Below, piece after piece: positions 36,519 to 46,471 of a stretch of 64,000 nucleotides of DNA. Origin of the DNA: a virus; IMG/VR virus record IMGVR_UViG_3300044991_001301. One strand, 5' to 3'. The position numbers and the translations under genes are program-made. The notes under the pieces were generated by a model that saw only the letters and a list, made by a program, of their open reading frames with translations, was not told the origin of the DNA and ran no database searches. How positions within the stretch are numbered: position 1 is the first letter of the stretch; every line of letters begins with the position of its first letter.

Positions 36519-37650
36519 TATAAGAGTCGATGCGTTGAACAATTGATTTCAAGAACAAATCCGCATGCGGAGCATCGCGGTTCAAGTTAAATAGCTCTCT
36601 AATTTCTGAGGGGATGGATGTCGCGAAAGTAAGTGCTAGTTGTTTGTTATATTGCAGTTTATTAACCAATGAATTATAACTTATTCTCAATTCGTCAACC
36701 GATAATTTAGATATCTTTTTAATATTTTCAGCTATCCCCTCACATCGTTCTTCTACAGTATATGCATCATCAAATGAATAATCAAATATTTCATCATATA
36801 ATTTAAACCCCAATTTTTCTAAGTTTTTATGATAGCCCGGTGCAGCAATTGCTAAAAATGGTTTCATTAATAATAAGGCAGTCGGGGTCTTTTCTGAAAT
36901 AAAAACGGGGTCGCAATATGTTTCTGTTATCAGATGCATAAACGTGTACTCATATTCAATCGGTACTTTACCTCTATAATAGAATGTTTCTCCATCGACA
37001 GCATCAACGTCTAAACGAATAATTTTAGGTATCCAATATTTATATCGGTATCCAAAAGAGGAGAAGGTTTCTATTTGTAACTCCTCGCTGGTTTTCATGT
37101 GAGTTCCATTTTGTAGCCAAGACACTGCGCCGTACCCTAATAGGTTGTGTTTGGCTAAGGTGTCAATCATTTTAACTTTATGAAGATGAGGATGATTGTT
37201 CAAGCATATATAATGATAATTTCTATTACGATGTTGCCCTACTAAGAAGTTGTAATTTGTTAGATATTTACGGAATTCATCTTGTTTAGTAGATTCATCT
37301 AGATTAGTATTAGTAATAGTGCCGGCTAGGATTGTGTTCCATAAGTCAGTAAACCAATAGGTGTCCCAAAAGATAATTTTTAAATTAACTCCTATACTCA
37401 AATCGTTAATAAGAGTTTTTTCATAAGTGGTCAAGTTATTATTTAGAATAAGGTATACCGGGATGTTTAACGGAGCAGCGTATGATATAAAACGTGTCAA
37501 TAAAGTATATGCTTGCCCGGTGGCGTCCCATTGTAATGGCTCTAACTGCCCAAAGTATATTGCACATGTGGCGGGAGCGCAAGTAGATTCGCTATATTTT
37601 AATTGCTCATCAAACAGGTCGGGGCGCCAAACGTTTGCAGTGATAATCAT
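36502..37650 (-). CDS. GT10-like GT-B protein
   Basis: YICLNNHPHLHK, FMHLITET, FISEKT, KPF and GFKLYDEIFDYSFD. Start probably MIITAN at 37650, because the longer ORF overlaps a pseudogene. Confidence 0.6.
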   Translation of the reverse strand: MIITANVWRPDLFDEQLKYSESTCAPATCAIYFGQLEPLQWDATGQAYTLLTRFISYAAPLNIPVYLILNNNLTTYEKTLINDLSIGVNLKIIFWDTYWFTDLWNTILAGTITNTNLDESTKQDEFRKYLTNYNFLVGQHRNRNYHYICLNNHPHLHKVKMIDTLAKHNLLGYGAVSWLQNGTHMKTSEELQIETFSSFGYRYKYWIPKIIRLDVDAVDGETFYYRGKVPIEYEYTFMHLITETYCDPVFISEKTPTALLLMKPFLAIAAPGYHKNLEKLGFKLYDEIFDYSFDDAYTVEERCEGIAENIKKISKLSVDELRISYNSLVNKLQYNKQLALTFATSIPSEIRELFNLNRDAPHADLFLKSIVQRIDSYTNRTA

Positions 37651-37666
37651 TTGCCGATGCCGTCTA

Positions 37667-37804
37667 TCAACTAGCACTCCCGAGTGCCAATGTTTTAAGT
37701 TCATATTCTAGTTTTTTTGAAACTATTTCTGAAAAATGTTTTTCAGTGATTCTAACACTAGGAGTTAAAAAACTATCCCTACATACGTATAAAATTTTTT
37801 TCAT
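37667..37804 (-). pseudogene. Truncated SGNH-like gene fragment
   Basis: MKKILYVCRDSFLTP...HFSEIVSKKLEYELKTLALGSAS*. This is the block I-II region of an SGNH protein with GDS changed to RDS, stopping after 45 aa. TAATG coupling to the upstream gene. Confidence 0.6.
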
Positions 37805-39027
37805 TAGTTTAATCTAGTTATATAATTATTATTTAATAATAAGTTGTCATAATTAAATTTACATATTTCTTTAACATTATTTAAAAATTCAGTCAATTCT
37901 AATGGGGATAACTCACATAATCTTTTTATCTCTGTTGCTATCATTATCATTCTTGTAGAATCATCAGTTACAGCGTCATACCGTTCATCAATATATGGAC
38001 TAAATGTTTTATATCCCAACCCTTTTAATAAAGCTAAAGTATGTGGTCTTGCTGTTATAATAAAGGGATGACGATAAGCAATAGGTTTAAATGTTTTCTC
38101 ACTTAGTAATCTTCCTGGACCAGAATATCCGCCATATGGTCCGGTTGCTAGTGCGTTTGTTTCAGTTATTACACTAAAATAGGTATCGGTATATAGATGA
38201 TCGACATTGGAATTTATATAAGCCAGATCCCCGAGACCAGTAGTGTGTTCATCTAACACTATTCTACCTATTTTTTTTATTTTCTCACTATTATCTTCTA
38301 ATAATTTTAAAATTTCTGCATCATTTTTATGTAATTCTATAATTGCCCATAATAAGTAATCCCAATTAGGGACTACATCGTATGCCCCTATACTTATATG
38401 ACCACTATCTAACAAATTCATTGAACACAATAATGCTAATATGCTAGCGCGATGTTCTCTTGAAACCATGTTACGATTAAATGATAGGAACTTTTTATCA
38501 TACTTTTTATCCACAAGTGTGGTGGCCACTGGCCACTTCAAGTGGTTGCCACTCAGTGCCATCACCTGCTGCTTGGCATTATATTCAAATTCTCGCATCC
38601 ATTCAACTTTTATATGACCAACCTTATATTTTTCGCTTACGATTTCTACTTCTTTAAGTATATCAGGTGATTCACTTAATAATATTATTTGGCCAGGATC
38701 TACATTTCCTCTTAGTATTAAACTTTGATATAATCCTTCAACGATTGAGTGGTATGCCTCATGAGAGTTTGCTATTAATAAAAATAGTTCTTTATTCCAT
38801 ATCCGACGCAATATCGAAAGTGGGATAACTGTTTCTACGGGATATGATTCGAATGAATTACCATGGAAAATATCAATATACCAATAATCTCTATCACTAA
38901 AATCACGTAAATTGAATATAATAGTTCCGTGTACCGTTTTACATTTTGGCGGAGTCCAAAATGTAGAACCAACTGGTTCTAGACTAGTTTCTATGCGATA
39001 GTACGAATCTGTATTAAGTATTGCCAT
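37804..39027 (-). CDS. GT10-like GT-B protein, paralog of 32895..34016
   Basis: ANSHEAYH, FLSFNR...REHR, YFSVITET, LSEKTFK, HPF and GYKTFSPYIDERYD. Ends ITRLN like its paralog. Start at MAILN (39027). Confidence 0.6.
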   Translation of the reverse strand: MAILNTDSYYRIETSLEPVGSTFWTPPKCKTVHGTIIFNLRDFSDRDYWYIDIFHGNSFESYPVETVIPLSILRRIWNKELFLLIANSHEAYHSIVEGLYQSLILRGNVDPGQIILLSESPDILKEVEIVSEKYKVGHIKVEWMREFEYNAKQQVMALSGNHLKWPVATTLVDKKYDKKFLSFNRNMVSREHRASILALLCSMNLLDSGHISIGAYDVVPNWDYLLWAIIELHKNDAEILKLLEDNSEKIKKIGRIVLDEHTTGLGDLAYINSNVDHLYTDTYFSVITETNALATGPYGGYSGPGRLLSEKTFKPIAYRHPFIITARPHTLALLKGLGYKTFSPYIDERYDAVTDDSTRMIMIATEIKRLCELSPLELTEFLNNVKEICKFNYDNLLLNNNYITRLN

Positions 39028-39028
39028 A

Positions 39029-39991
39029 TTAAATAAATTTAGGGATAATAATGTCAGTACCACAGTGACAATGTTCTTTGTTACAAGTAATTTGTTTTGG
39101 GCCGGCTCTAGAAATATCTTTTAAAATATGACCCACATTGCCACCCATACCGCAACTTGCTAAACTCATCTCACCGACAGGATTAATAAAAATAGCATCA
39201 CCTACATTGCATTTCCATCCGCTAAAGAAGTTATTTCCTGCAACAATGACTTCATTACTATTACACACTTCAGTATGCATATCATCATACTTGGTGTAGC
39301 TAACCGTGTAATTCGTTCTTTTGTCTGGTTTAGGTTTAGACTGGTGGTGTTCCGACGTACATTCGTTAATGAACTTGGTTTTGTCTGGGTCAGTGTAATG
39401 CCAGGGGCCGGCATTTACACTCATCTCATCAAATAGTGGAGTCCATTCTAAAAAGTAATTTGGCATTACTGTTTTTAAATGCTTACCAAACTCTACTACT
39501 TCCCAAAATCTTTCTTCGTGCAACAACATCTTAGTGGCCAAGTAGTTTACCTTGTCACACAAGAATATGCTGTTTTCTTCATAGCGTTGTTTATCTGCAA
39601 ACTCCACGTGGAAACTAGCAACAACATCATCAAATAAATGATAATTCTTTTCCCACCACTTTAGAGGACGACTTAGGTTGGTATTGACTGCTAATGTAGC
39701 ATGTGGTAATTCGGTGTACAACCATTCACAAATTGGTATAAAGTTGCGCCAGGCTGTGGGTTCACCTCCACTAAAGAAAAACTTAAAGTTTTTGTATCCC
39801 ACATCCTTGTATCGGTTAATGATAGTTTCTAGATTTTTTATGTACAAATCTGTGTTGCCATCATTAATATCAGTGCCTCCCCAATTGCCAGGGTTACAGT
39901 AACTACACCTGAAGTTACAATAATTTGAAACTTGCCAGGTAACCGCTAGATACGGCTCAGGTGCTTCTATTGCGATTAGCTTTCGGCCCAT
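39029..39991 (-). CDS. Radical SAM enzyme with C-terminal Cys-rich domain
   Basis: CNFRCSYC, SGGEPT, NTNLSR and WKCNVG...ASC...CNKEHCHCGTD. Confidence 0.88.
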   Translation of the reverse strand: MGRKLIAIEAPEPYLAVTWQVSNYCNFRCSYCNPGNWGGTDINDGNTDLYIKNLETIINRYKDVGYKNFKFFFSGGEPTAWRNFIPICEWLYTELPHATLAVNTNLSRPLKWWEKNYHLFDDVVASFHVEFADKQRYEENSIFLCDKVNYLATKMLLHEERFWEVVEFGKHLKTVMPNYFLEWTPLFDEMSVNAGPWHYTDPDKTKFINECTSEHHQSKPKPDKRTNYTVSYTKYDDMHTEVCNSNEVIVAGNNFFSGWKCNVGDAIFINPVGEMSLASCGMGGNVGHILKDISRAGPKQITCNKEHCHCGTDIIIPKFI

Positions 39992-41280
39992 GCATATACC
40001 TCTTTAAGTTCTGGAACAACATCTACCAACTTCTCATTTCTAAATTCATCTAGCTCATCATTGAACTTTTTAAACTCTAGAATGCCACCTTTATTTTCAT
40101 ATGATATCGCATTTTTTCCTGCGTACTCAAAATGCCCACTTTTTAGTGCTTGCTCAATAACTTTAAACCCATCTGATATCTCTCGATGGTAAGAATATTT
40201 TTTAATATATTCTTGATATAATGCTATCAAGCGTGTTTTGACAAAATCTGGCAGTATCATCACATTGGCATACCATGGATTAGTTGCTAGGTTAAATCTA
40301 GGGCTTGACTTGTCGTCTATCAGTCCTTCTGCGAGTAAGTTATCAAAAAATTTAGGGAAACTAAACACGTTCCAACTACTAATAGTAGGTGTGATTTGAA
40401 ACTGAGCGTGTGGAACTTGTTCTTTAAGCGTTTTAATATTCTTTACTACACGCTGCCAATCAGTACCCTTGCGAATCACTTCTGCTACTTGCCCTTCAGC
40501 ATCTAAGCTAGCCCATATTTTAAGTTGCGGGAACTTACTCCAGTAACCAATCAAGTCTTTATCTTTGTATTTCAACGAACTAAAATTAGTTGTATAGGTG
40601 AGTTCAACCTGATCGGTTAACCCATTCTCAATCCAATAGTCTAAGCATTCGTAATGTTCAGGGGTTATAATGATTTCGCCACCTGCAAAATAAACTTCTA
40701 ACACATCTTTTAAATATGGTTTCAACTTATTCATAAACCCCATTTCTGCTGTTGAGTTTATTACAATCTTTCGAGTTTTAAAATATTCTTCATAAACATC
40801 AACGCCACGTTCATCAACCATCTCTTGTGCCCACAGACTACTGCATCCTGGACCACAGCTACGGCACTTCATATTACACATATTACTAAAACGCAGGTCC
40901 ATGTATTTCATCTGAAATTCTGATAGAGTCCCGTCAGTGGCTGTATTTTTTGAAATCATATCTACATATTCAAGCCCTCTGCGTTTATTGTGACTTTCAC
41001 GCATTGTCCAAGTGCCCATGGTCTCTAAATCATAGCACCTCTTACACGCTTCAACGGGTTCATCATTAAGCATTGATGTACGCATTTTCTTGTAAGCTTC
41101 ACTATTCATCATTTGGATGATAGATTCGTCGTTCTTAATATCCGCGACTGGTAAATTACTATCAGCTACACAACAAGGCATTACCCTACCATCTGGCCAA
41201 GAGTGAAAATGCACCCAAGGCAAAACACAAAAGTGTTTGCCCTTTCTAACTAAGTTTTCTACTACGATTGGGTCTTGCAT
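39976..41280 (-). CDS. Radical SAM enzyme with N-terminal twitch/SPASM-like domain
   Basis: FCVLPW...PCC...CKRC, then SNMCNMKCRSC, FAGGE, YTTN and ASLD. Confidence 0.88.
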   Translation of the reverse strand: MQDPIVVENLVRKGKHFCVLPWVHFHSWPDGRVMPCCVADSNLPVADIKNDESIIQMMNSEAYKKMRTSMLNDEPVEACKRCYDLETMGTWTMRESHNKRRGLEYVDMISKNTATDGTLSEFQMKYMDLRFSNMCNMKCRSCGPGCSSLWAQEMVDERGVDVYEEYFKTRKIVINSTAEMGFMNKLKPYLKDVLEVYFAGGEIIITPEHYECLDYWIENGLTDQVELTYTTNFSSLKYKDKDLIGYWSKFPQLKIWASLDAEGQVAEVIRKGTDWQRVVKNIKTLKEQVPHAQFQITPTISSWNVFSFPKFFDNLLAEGLIDDKSSPRFNLATNPWYANVMILPDFVKTRLIALYQEYIKKYSYHREISDGFKVIEQALKSGHFEYAGKNAISYENKGGILEFKKFNDELDEFRNEKLVDVVPELKEVYAWAES

Positions 41281-41282
41281 TA

Positions 41283-42518
41283 TTACTCCGTTGCATCTTG
41301 TAACTTATTTAACTCGGGGAAGGTTTTCCAAAAACTTTCACCGCGTATTCTATCACCTGAACCTGTATGCATCATAAAGGTTTCTTTATTCGCAGCCCAA
41401 GTGTCGTCATCCTTTGCAAAGTTCACGGCGTCAGTTACTAAACGAGACAACGATGTGTGATCCCCTTCATTACTAGCTGCCCAAGCTAGCGCATTATTTG
41501 CTGCTGCAATTTTTAATTCTTTAGGTAAACTCTTACCGCTGTAATAACTAGGATGGACTGCTAGGTACAAGCTATGATACCAATCTTCTGCGCGGATAAT
41601 TCCTTTACTCTTTAAGTAAGTATAAAATTCTCCTATAGTTGAATAATTGAATATTGAAAATACTGTGTTCATTTGAAAAGACACATAGTCTAGCTCACGG
41701 AACTTTAATAGGTTGCTTTCAACTAACCCCCAATCAGTACCATGTCTCAACCATTCTGCACGTTCGCCATAATGATCTACACTGCAACTTAATTCAATTC
41801 GTTTAAAGTGTTTCCACATATCAAGCAGGTCGTAGTCTTTAAACTTGATGTTACTAGCATTGGTATTATATCGCAAGGTGATGTCAGTGCGGCCCTTGCG
41901 TATCATCTCATCTAGCATTATGTAATGCTCTTCCGTTAGGGTTGGCTCTCCCCCGGCAAAGTATGCCAAATCAATATGTTCAATTTGGTCTAATACTTCC
42001 CGCAACAAGTTACCCTTCTCATCGGCATGGATGACAATGGGATGTTTTGGGTCGTGATTGGCCCGCATTTCTGCTCCCCATTGACTAGAAAACTCTGAGC
42101 CGCACGTACGGCATTTGAAGTTGCAAATGTTGCTGAATCTAATATCAAAGTAATGCATTTTGAAATCAGGTACTGTCCCATCGGCTAATGTAGTGGGCAC
42201 AGTTGAATCAAAATGCTTACTAAAATGCTCTTTACTATAGTTTCTAAAACTATGCGGGCCGGCCTCTTCGTGCTTATAGCAAAAGTTACATATCTTGTTT
42301 GGCTTGTCGTTCAGCATATCCAACCGTAACTGTTTCATCTGTTCATTGTTAAATGCATCTTTAAGGCTAGTTTGTTTAGTATTACCAAACGGCACCGTAT
42401 AGTCATTGCTACAACAAGGATAGATGTCCCCTTTAGGAGTAACATTTAAGTGAATCCAAGGAAACATACAGAAATTTTTACTATCATTTAATAAATATTC
42501 TTTATTCAGCGGAGTCAT
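41283..42518 (-). CDS. Radical SAM enzyme with N-terminal twitch/SPASM-like domain
   Basis: FCMFPW...PCC...CNFC, SNICNFKCRTC, FAGGEP and YNTN. Confidence 0.88.
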   Translation of the reverse strand: MTPLNKEYLLNDSKNFCMFPWIHLNVTPKGDIYPCCSNDYTVPFGNTKQTSLKDAFNNEQMKQLRLDMLNDKPNKICNFCYKHEEAGPHSFRNYSKEHFSKHFDSTVPTTLADGTVPDFKMHYFDIRFSNICNFKCRTCGSEFSSQWGAEMRANHDPKHPIVIHADEKGNLLREVLDQIEHIDLAYFAGGEPTLTEEHYIMLDEMIRKGRTDITLRYNTNASNIKFKDYDLLDMWKHFKRIELSCSVDHYGERAEWLRHGTDWGLVESNLLKFRELDYVSFQMNTVFSIFNYSTIGEFYTYLKSKGIIRAEDWYHSLYLAVHPSYYSGKSLPKELKIAAANNALAWAASNEGDHTSLSRLVTDAVNFAKDDDTWAANKETFMMHTGSGDRIRGESFWKTFPELNKLQDATE

Positions 42519-43774
42519 ACAGTATCATCCATTAAGTCAGCAAGTTCGGGAAATGTTTTAACAAAACTCTCTCCACGAATATTATCACGCAGTATTGTGT
42601 TGGTTCTAAATTCTTCCTTATATTTTTCCCACGTATTTTCACTGGGTGCCATAGTCCAATCGATTATGCTGTTAACTGCGGTAAGCGACGGAGTATTAGC
42701 AGAGAATCCGCGTTCCCGCATTAGGTCTAATAGTGATAATAGTTTTAATCTGCCCTCATCTTTGTGATGCTGTGGTAAAACATTTGAAGTAAGGTATTCA
42801 GGACTAGACATATTATATATTGAAAAGTGAGCAGTGACCGGGTACAAGTCTTTATCAAATAGATATTGATAAAACTCTAGAAATGTCTTGTAATTATATA
42901 AACTTAGCACAGTATTCATTTGCAACCTGATGAATGGCGATTTTTTAGCCATTACGAAATTATATTCTATGTCGGCCCAATTGGTGCCATGGCGTATATA
43001 TTCCGCACGTTCGCCGTAATGATCTACGCTAGCATAAACTTGAATATGATGCTTGAACTTCTTCCAAAGACCCATCAAATCTTTATCTTTGAATTTTAGA
43101 TTGCTAAAATTCGTGTTATAGCGCAATGCTATGTCTGTGCGACCTTGCCTTATCATTTCTTCTAACATTATGTAATGTTCCTCTGTGATAAGCGGCTCAC
43201 CACCGGCAAAATAAGCGTCTTCCATATGGGGAATCTGATCTAAGACCTCTTGTAAAAATTCCTTTTTATTATTCTTTAAAATAATGCGGCGGCTGATATT
43301 GTTTTTTAGATTCTCTTGTTCCCATTGACTACTAAAATCGGGTCCGCAAGTCCTACATTTAAAATTACAAATATTACTGAATCTGATATCAAAGTATCTC
43401 ATCTTAAATTCAGTCAGGGACCCATCTTCCCGGGTAGGAGTAACAGCAGTATCAAAATAGTTACCGTATTGTTTGTTAGAGCTAGTTCGAAAACTTCCCA
43501 TATCCATGCTGTCATGCTTGTGACAGGTCGCGCATATTGGATTTTTAACATCACGCAACATATCAACACGCAGTTTCTTCATCTCAGTAGCATTGACAAT
43601 TTCCATCATGCTATCTTTGTTTGAATTGGCAATGACTTTATGATAACCAAACTCATCGATTGGTGTTTTTCCTATGCAACACGGCAGAACATCGCCAGTT
43701 GGACTGGTGTTGAAATGTACCCATGGCAGCATACAGAATGATTTGCTTTCTGTTAATAAATATTCTTTGTTCAT
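42515..43774 (-). CDS. Radical SAM enzyme with N-terminal twitch/SPASM-like domain
   Basis: FCMLPW...PCC...CATC, SNICNFKCRTC, FAGGEP and YNTN. Confidence 0.88.
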   Translation of the reverse strand: MNKEYLLTESKSFCMLPWVHFNTSPTGDVLPCCIGKTPIDEFGYHKVIANSNKDSMMEIVNATEMKKLRVDMLRDVKNPICATCHKHDSMDMGSFRTSSNKQYGNYFDTAVTPTREDGSLTEFKMRYFDIRFSNICNFKCRTCGPDFSSQWEQENLKNNISRRIILKNNKKEFLQEVLDQIPHMEDAYFAGGEPLITEEHYIMLEEMIRQGRTDIALRYNTNFSNLKFKDKDLMGLWKKFKHHIQVYASVDHYGERAEYIRHGTNWADIEYNFVMAKKSPFIRLQMNTVLSLYNYKTFLEFYQYLFDKDLYPVTAHFSIYNMSSPEYLTSNVLPQHHKDEGRLKLLSLLDLMRERGFSANTPSLTAVNSIIDWTMAPSENTWEKYKEEFRTNTILRDNIRGESFVKTFPELADLMDDTV

Positions 43775-45165
43775 AGTGGATTTAATCGGTTATCTGTCTG
43801 ACACATTCTATAGAAGTTTATATATTCAGGGAATATAGATACCATATCTGTGTCTCGCCGCTCATCCAATTCATTAAACCAATTGTAAAAATCGCGGCGT
43901 CCTTCTAGTAGTTTATCATCTGAATACACAGTTTCTGCCATGTAATCAACTACTCGCTTGAACTTTTCATATTCAACGGTAGTGAATTTATTACTAGCAG
44001 TATCATCAACATTCTCCAACATAAACTGTAGAGAATCATGCATATAGGGCATAAATTCTTCTTTGGGAAGAATGTTCATATCATACTGCAGTGGATCCCG
44101 TAAGTATGGAGTATCAAATCTAACACGATGACTCTTTATGTCGTCGTACCATCCATATTGATTACGCCATTCCAGCATCTTCACAAGCAGTTGCTTGAAG
44201 GTAGTTACACTGAAGATGTTGAAGGTAATCATAAATGTGATCGGACTATCTGTGCGTTGTAAGTATGTGTGAAAATTCTTTTCCCACAATTCCAAATCCA
44301 ATCCAGTACGAATATATTCGGCGCGCGGGCCCCATGTGTCTAAGCTGGTGAATAGTTTAAATGAGCGAATCTTTCCGTCATCACACAGTTGCTTAACACT
44401 ATCACTTAACTTTTCAACTAAACTGGTTTTAGTCCCTAGATTACTGTTAATATTCAACTCCAACCACGGCATAGGGTCAGCGGCAATCTTATCTAACAAC
44501 TGCCATGTGCTGCGGTGCATGGTTGGCTCACCGCCAGTAACTCGCATGATATTCAATGTCTTTCGTAATTCAGGCCACCATTCCCAGAATGCATCAACGT
44601 ATGGATTTTCTTCTTCACGTTGGTATAGTTTCATCCAATCAATGTCGCAACGATGATTCTTTACTGTAGTGACTGGGCCATTCTCTTTGATTTCATTATA
44701 GAATCGTGTGCTGTACTTTGGATGACAATATCCACACTTGAAATTACATTCATTACCAAAGTTAATTTCTAAGTATTCTGGATTTATGTTTTGATCCCAC
44801 GGACCCTTAACCGTCTGCTCATACCGTTCTTCAGTAAAAATACTAGCGTTACGAATATGACGGTCACTTATGTAATCTGGGCCCATTGCTTCAATGTTCC
44901 AGCAGTATTGACACCCCTTAGGTTTCTCACCAGCAAGCATTTCTTTACGTTCTAACTTCTTATGCATGGTGTTATGCAACGCAGATGGGTTGTCTTTCAA
45001 TTCACTTAGTGGAATCTTATGTGGCTGCGGGTGATAACAACTATGTGTCTCCCCTGTTTGTAAATACATAGTCACATGATGCCATTTAGCAAGACAGAAG
45101 GTAGGCCCTACTTCATTCTCGATTCGTATTTTAATATCTTTGATTCTTTTTTGTTCTGATGACAT
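43771..45165 (-). CDS. Radical SAM enzyme with N-terminal Cys/His-rich domain
   Basis: FCLAKW...HSCYHP...CQYCW, NECNFKCGYC, TGGEPT and NSNLG. Confidence 0.88.
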   Translation of the reverse strand: MSSEQKRIKDIKIRIENEVGPTFCLAKWHHVTMYLQTGETHSCYHPQPHKIPLSELKDNPSALHNTMHKKLERKEMLAGEKPKGCQYCWNIEAMGPDYISDRHIRNASIFTEERYEQTVKGPWDQNINPEYLEINFGNECNFKCGYCHPKYSTRFYNEIKENGPVTTVKNHRCDIDWMKLYQREEENPYVDAFWEWWPELRKTLNIMRVTGGEPTMHRSTWQLLDKIAADPMPWLELNINSNLGTKTSLVEKLSDSVKQLCDDGKIRSFKLFTSLDTWGPRAEYIRTGLDLELWEKNFHTYLQRTDSPITFMITFNIFSVTTFKQLLVKMLEWRNQYGWYDDIKSHRVRFDTPYLRDPLQYDMNILPKEEFMPYMHDSLQFMLENVDDTASNKFTTVEYEKFKRVVDYMAETVYSDDKLLEGRRDFYNWFNELDERRDTDMVSIFPEYINFYRMCQTDNRLNPL

Positions 45166-45169
45166 TCTC

Positions 45170-46120
45170 TTACCATCCCTCTATTTTTCTAATTACATCC
45201 ATTTCTGTTACTAATGGGCCTATATTGCGGAAGTCAGCTTTATAATGTCGCTTAAAGAATTTACTCTGTGAAAAAGTTAATGTACACATAGGTAAATCTA
45301 ATTTAGCTGCTAGTGATTCTCCCAATAAAGTTAATTCTTTTTCAGGGTCTAGACCTTTATGTTCTTCCCATAAAGCAGTGTAATTATCAAACCATTGAAC
45401 ATTTGCAGGATCCCACTCAGTCAACATGGTCATGTAAGTGCCCAGTCTTGCGCCATAGATAGCCCATAAGCCATTCTCAACATCAGCACCTACATTATGC
45501 CAGATGGTCAAATTGTTTAAATTTCTAGTTGCGACGGTTTCTTTAAATTGCTCTATGCTAGGCCTCGCACCTCTATCTAAACTCATCTTGACACCCTCTC
45601 GGAATCCTGCTCGCCAGGCTTGAAATGGAGTATAGTTAGGATACGTTGTTGAATAACAATCGTGCATTGCCCAATACAAATTGTCTTTGCCGTCCATACA
45701 AAAATCAGCAATGCGTGATACGTCACCATCAGTTTGATGTTCGTGAGTTTTCATATTGGCAACATATTCCTGTGTCCAGGACGACATACCACCGTTACCG
45801 TAGCGCAAACCGTTAATGCTGTTTATTGCTTTCCAACGAAATTGCGCTAGTTTAAAGGTAGGGTCTTTGTTGGTAAAGTCTAATTGTAAATTGAAGAAAC
45901 TTTCTTCAGGCATATTGTCACCGTCAATTAGAATAAATCGTTCAGTATCACTTGCAAGGCCCGCAGCTTTATGTGCGGCGTCACTACCTTTAACATTATC
46001 AACCCGTTTAGCCCAGGGTATCATATTCTTAATCTTAAGCCAAAATTCTTCCTTTTGGGGTTCATCATAGCTTAGATACACAACGTCTAAATCTGCTATA
46101 TCTACTATGTTTGAATTCAT
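45170..46120 (-). CDS. Putative GT-A fold glycosyltransferase
   Basis: DVVYLSYDEP, VKGSDAAHKAA, FILIDGDN (DxD), YGNGG and AWRAGFREGVKM. Confidence 0.6.
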   Translation of the reverse strand: MNSNIVDIADLDVVYLSYDEPQKEEFWLKIKNMIPWAKRVDNVKGSDAAHKAAGLASDTERFILIDGDNMPEESFFNLQLDFTNKDPTFKLAQFRWKAINSINGLRYGNGGMSSWTQEYVANMKTHEHQTDGDVSRIADFCMDGKDNLYWAMHDCYSTTYPNYTPFQAWRAGFREGVKMSLDRGARPSIEQFKETVATRNLNNLTIWHNVGADVENGLWAIYGARLGTYMTMLTEWDPANVQWFDNYTALWEEHKGLDPEKELTLLGESLAAKLDLPMCTLTFSQSKFFKRHYKADFRNIGPLVTEMDVIRKIEGW

Positions 46121-46471
46121 TTAGTTCCTAAGTTCATACGTGTTTAATTTCCATTTAATCGTATCCCCGACATAACCTGCACCAACTACAATGCTTATAT
46201 CTTCTGTCACGCACGATTGCCCGGTAATGGCATCTGGCATCAATTTAGTGACTACGACACATTCTGATAGATTTGATATTTTTCCATCAATGACTCTAAC
46301 ATCAGGTCTTCCCGCGGCATAGCTACTAGCATCGATAATGATGTAGTTTCCATCAAGTTTTTCACAAGTATAACAAATTACCTTGCCAGTGTCGCTATAA
46401 TATAAACGAAACTCAGGTGGGATAATCTTTGGAGCTTCCCATAAAATTATATAATCATCATCATCTTGCAT
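46121..46471 (-). CDS. Hypothetical protein
   Basis: 116-aa ORF coupled within the operon. Confidence 0.55.
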   Translation of the reverse strand: MQDDDDYIILWEAPKIIPPEFRLYYSDTGKVICYTCEKLDGNYIIIDASSYAAGRPDVRVIDGKISNLSECVVVTKLMPDAITGQSCVTEDISIVVGAGYVGDTIKWKLNTYELRN

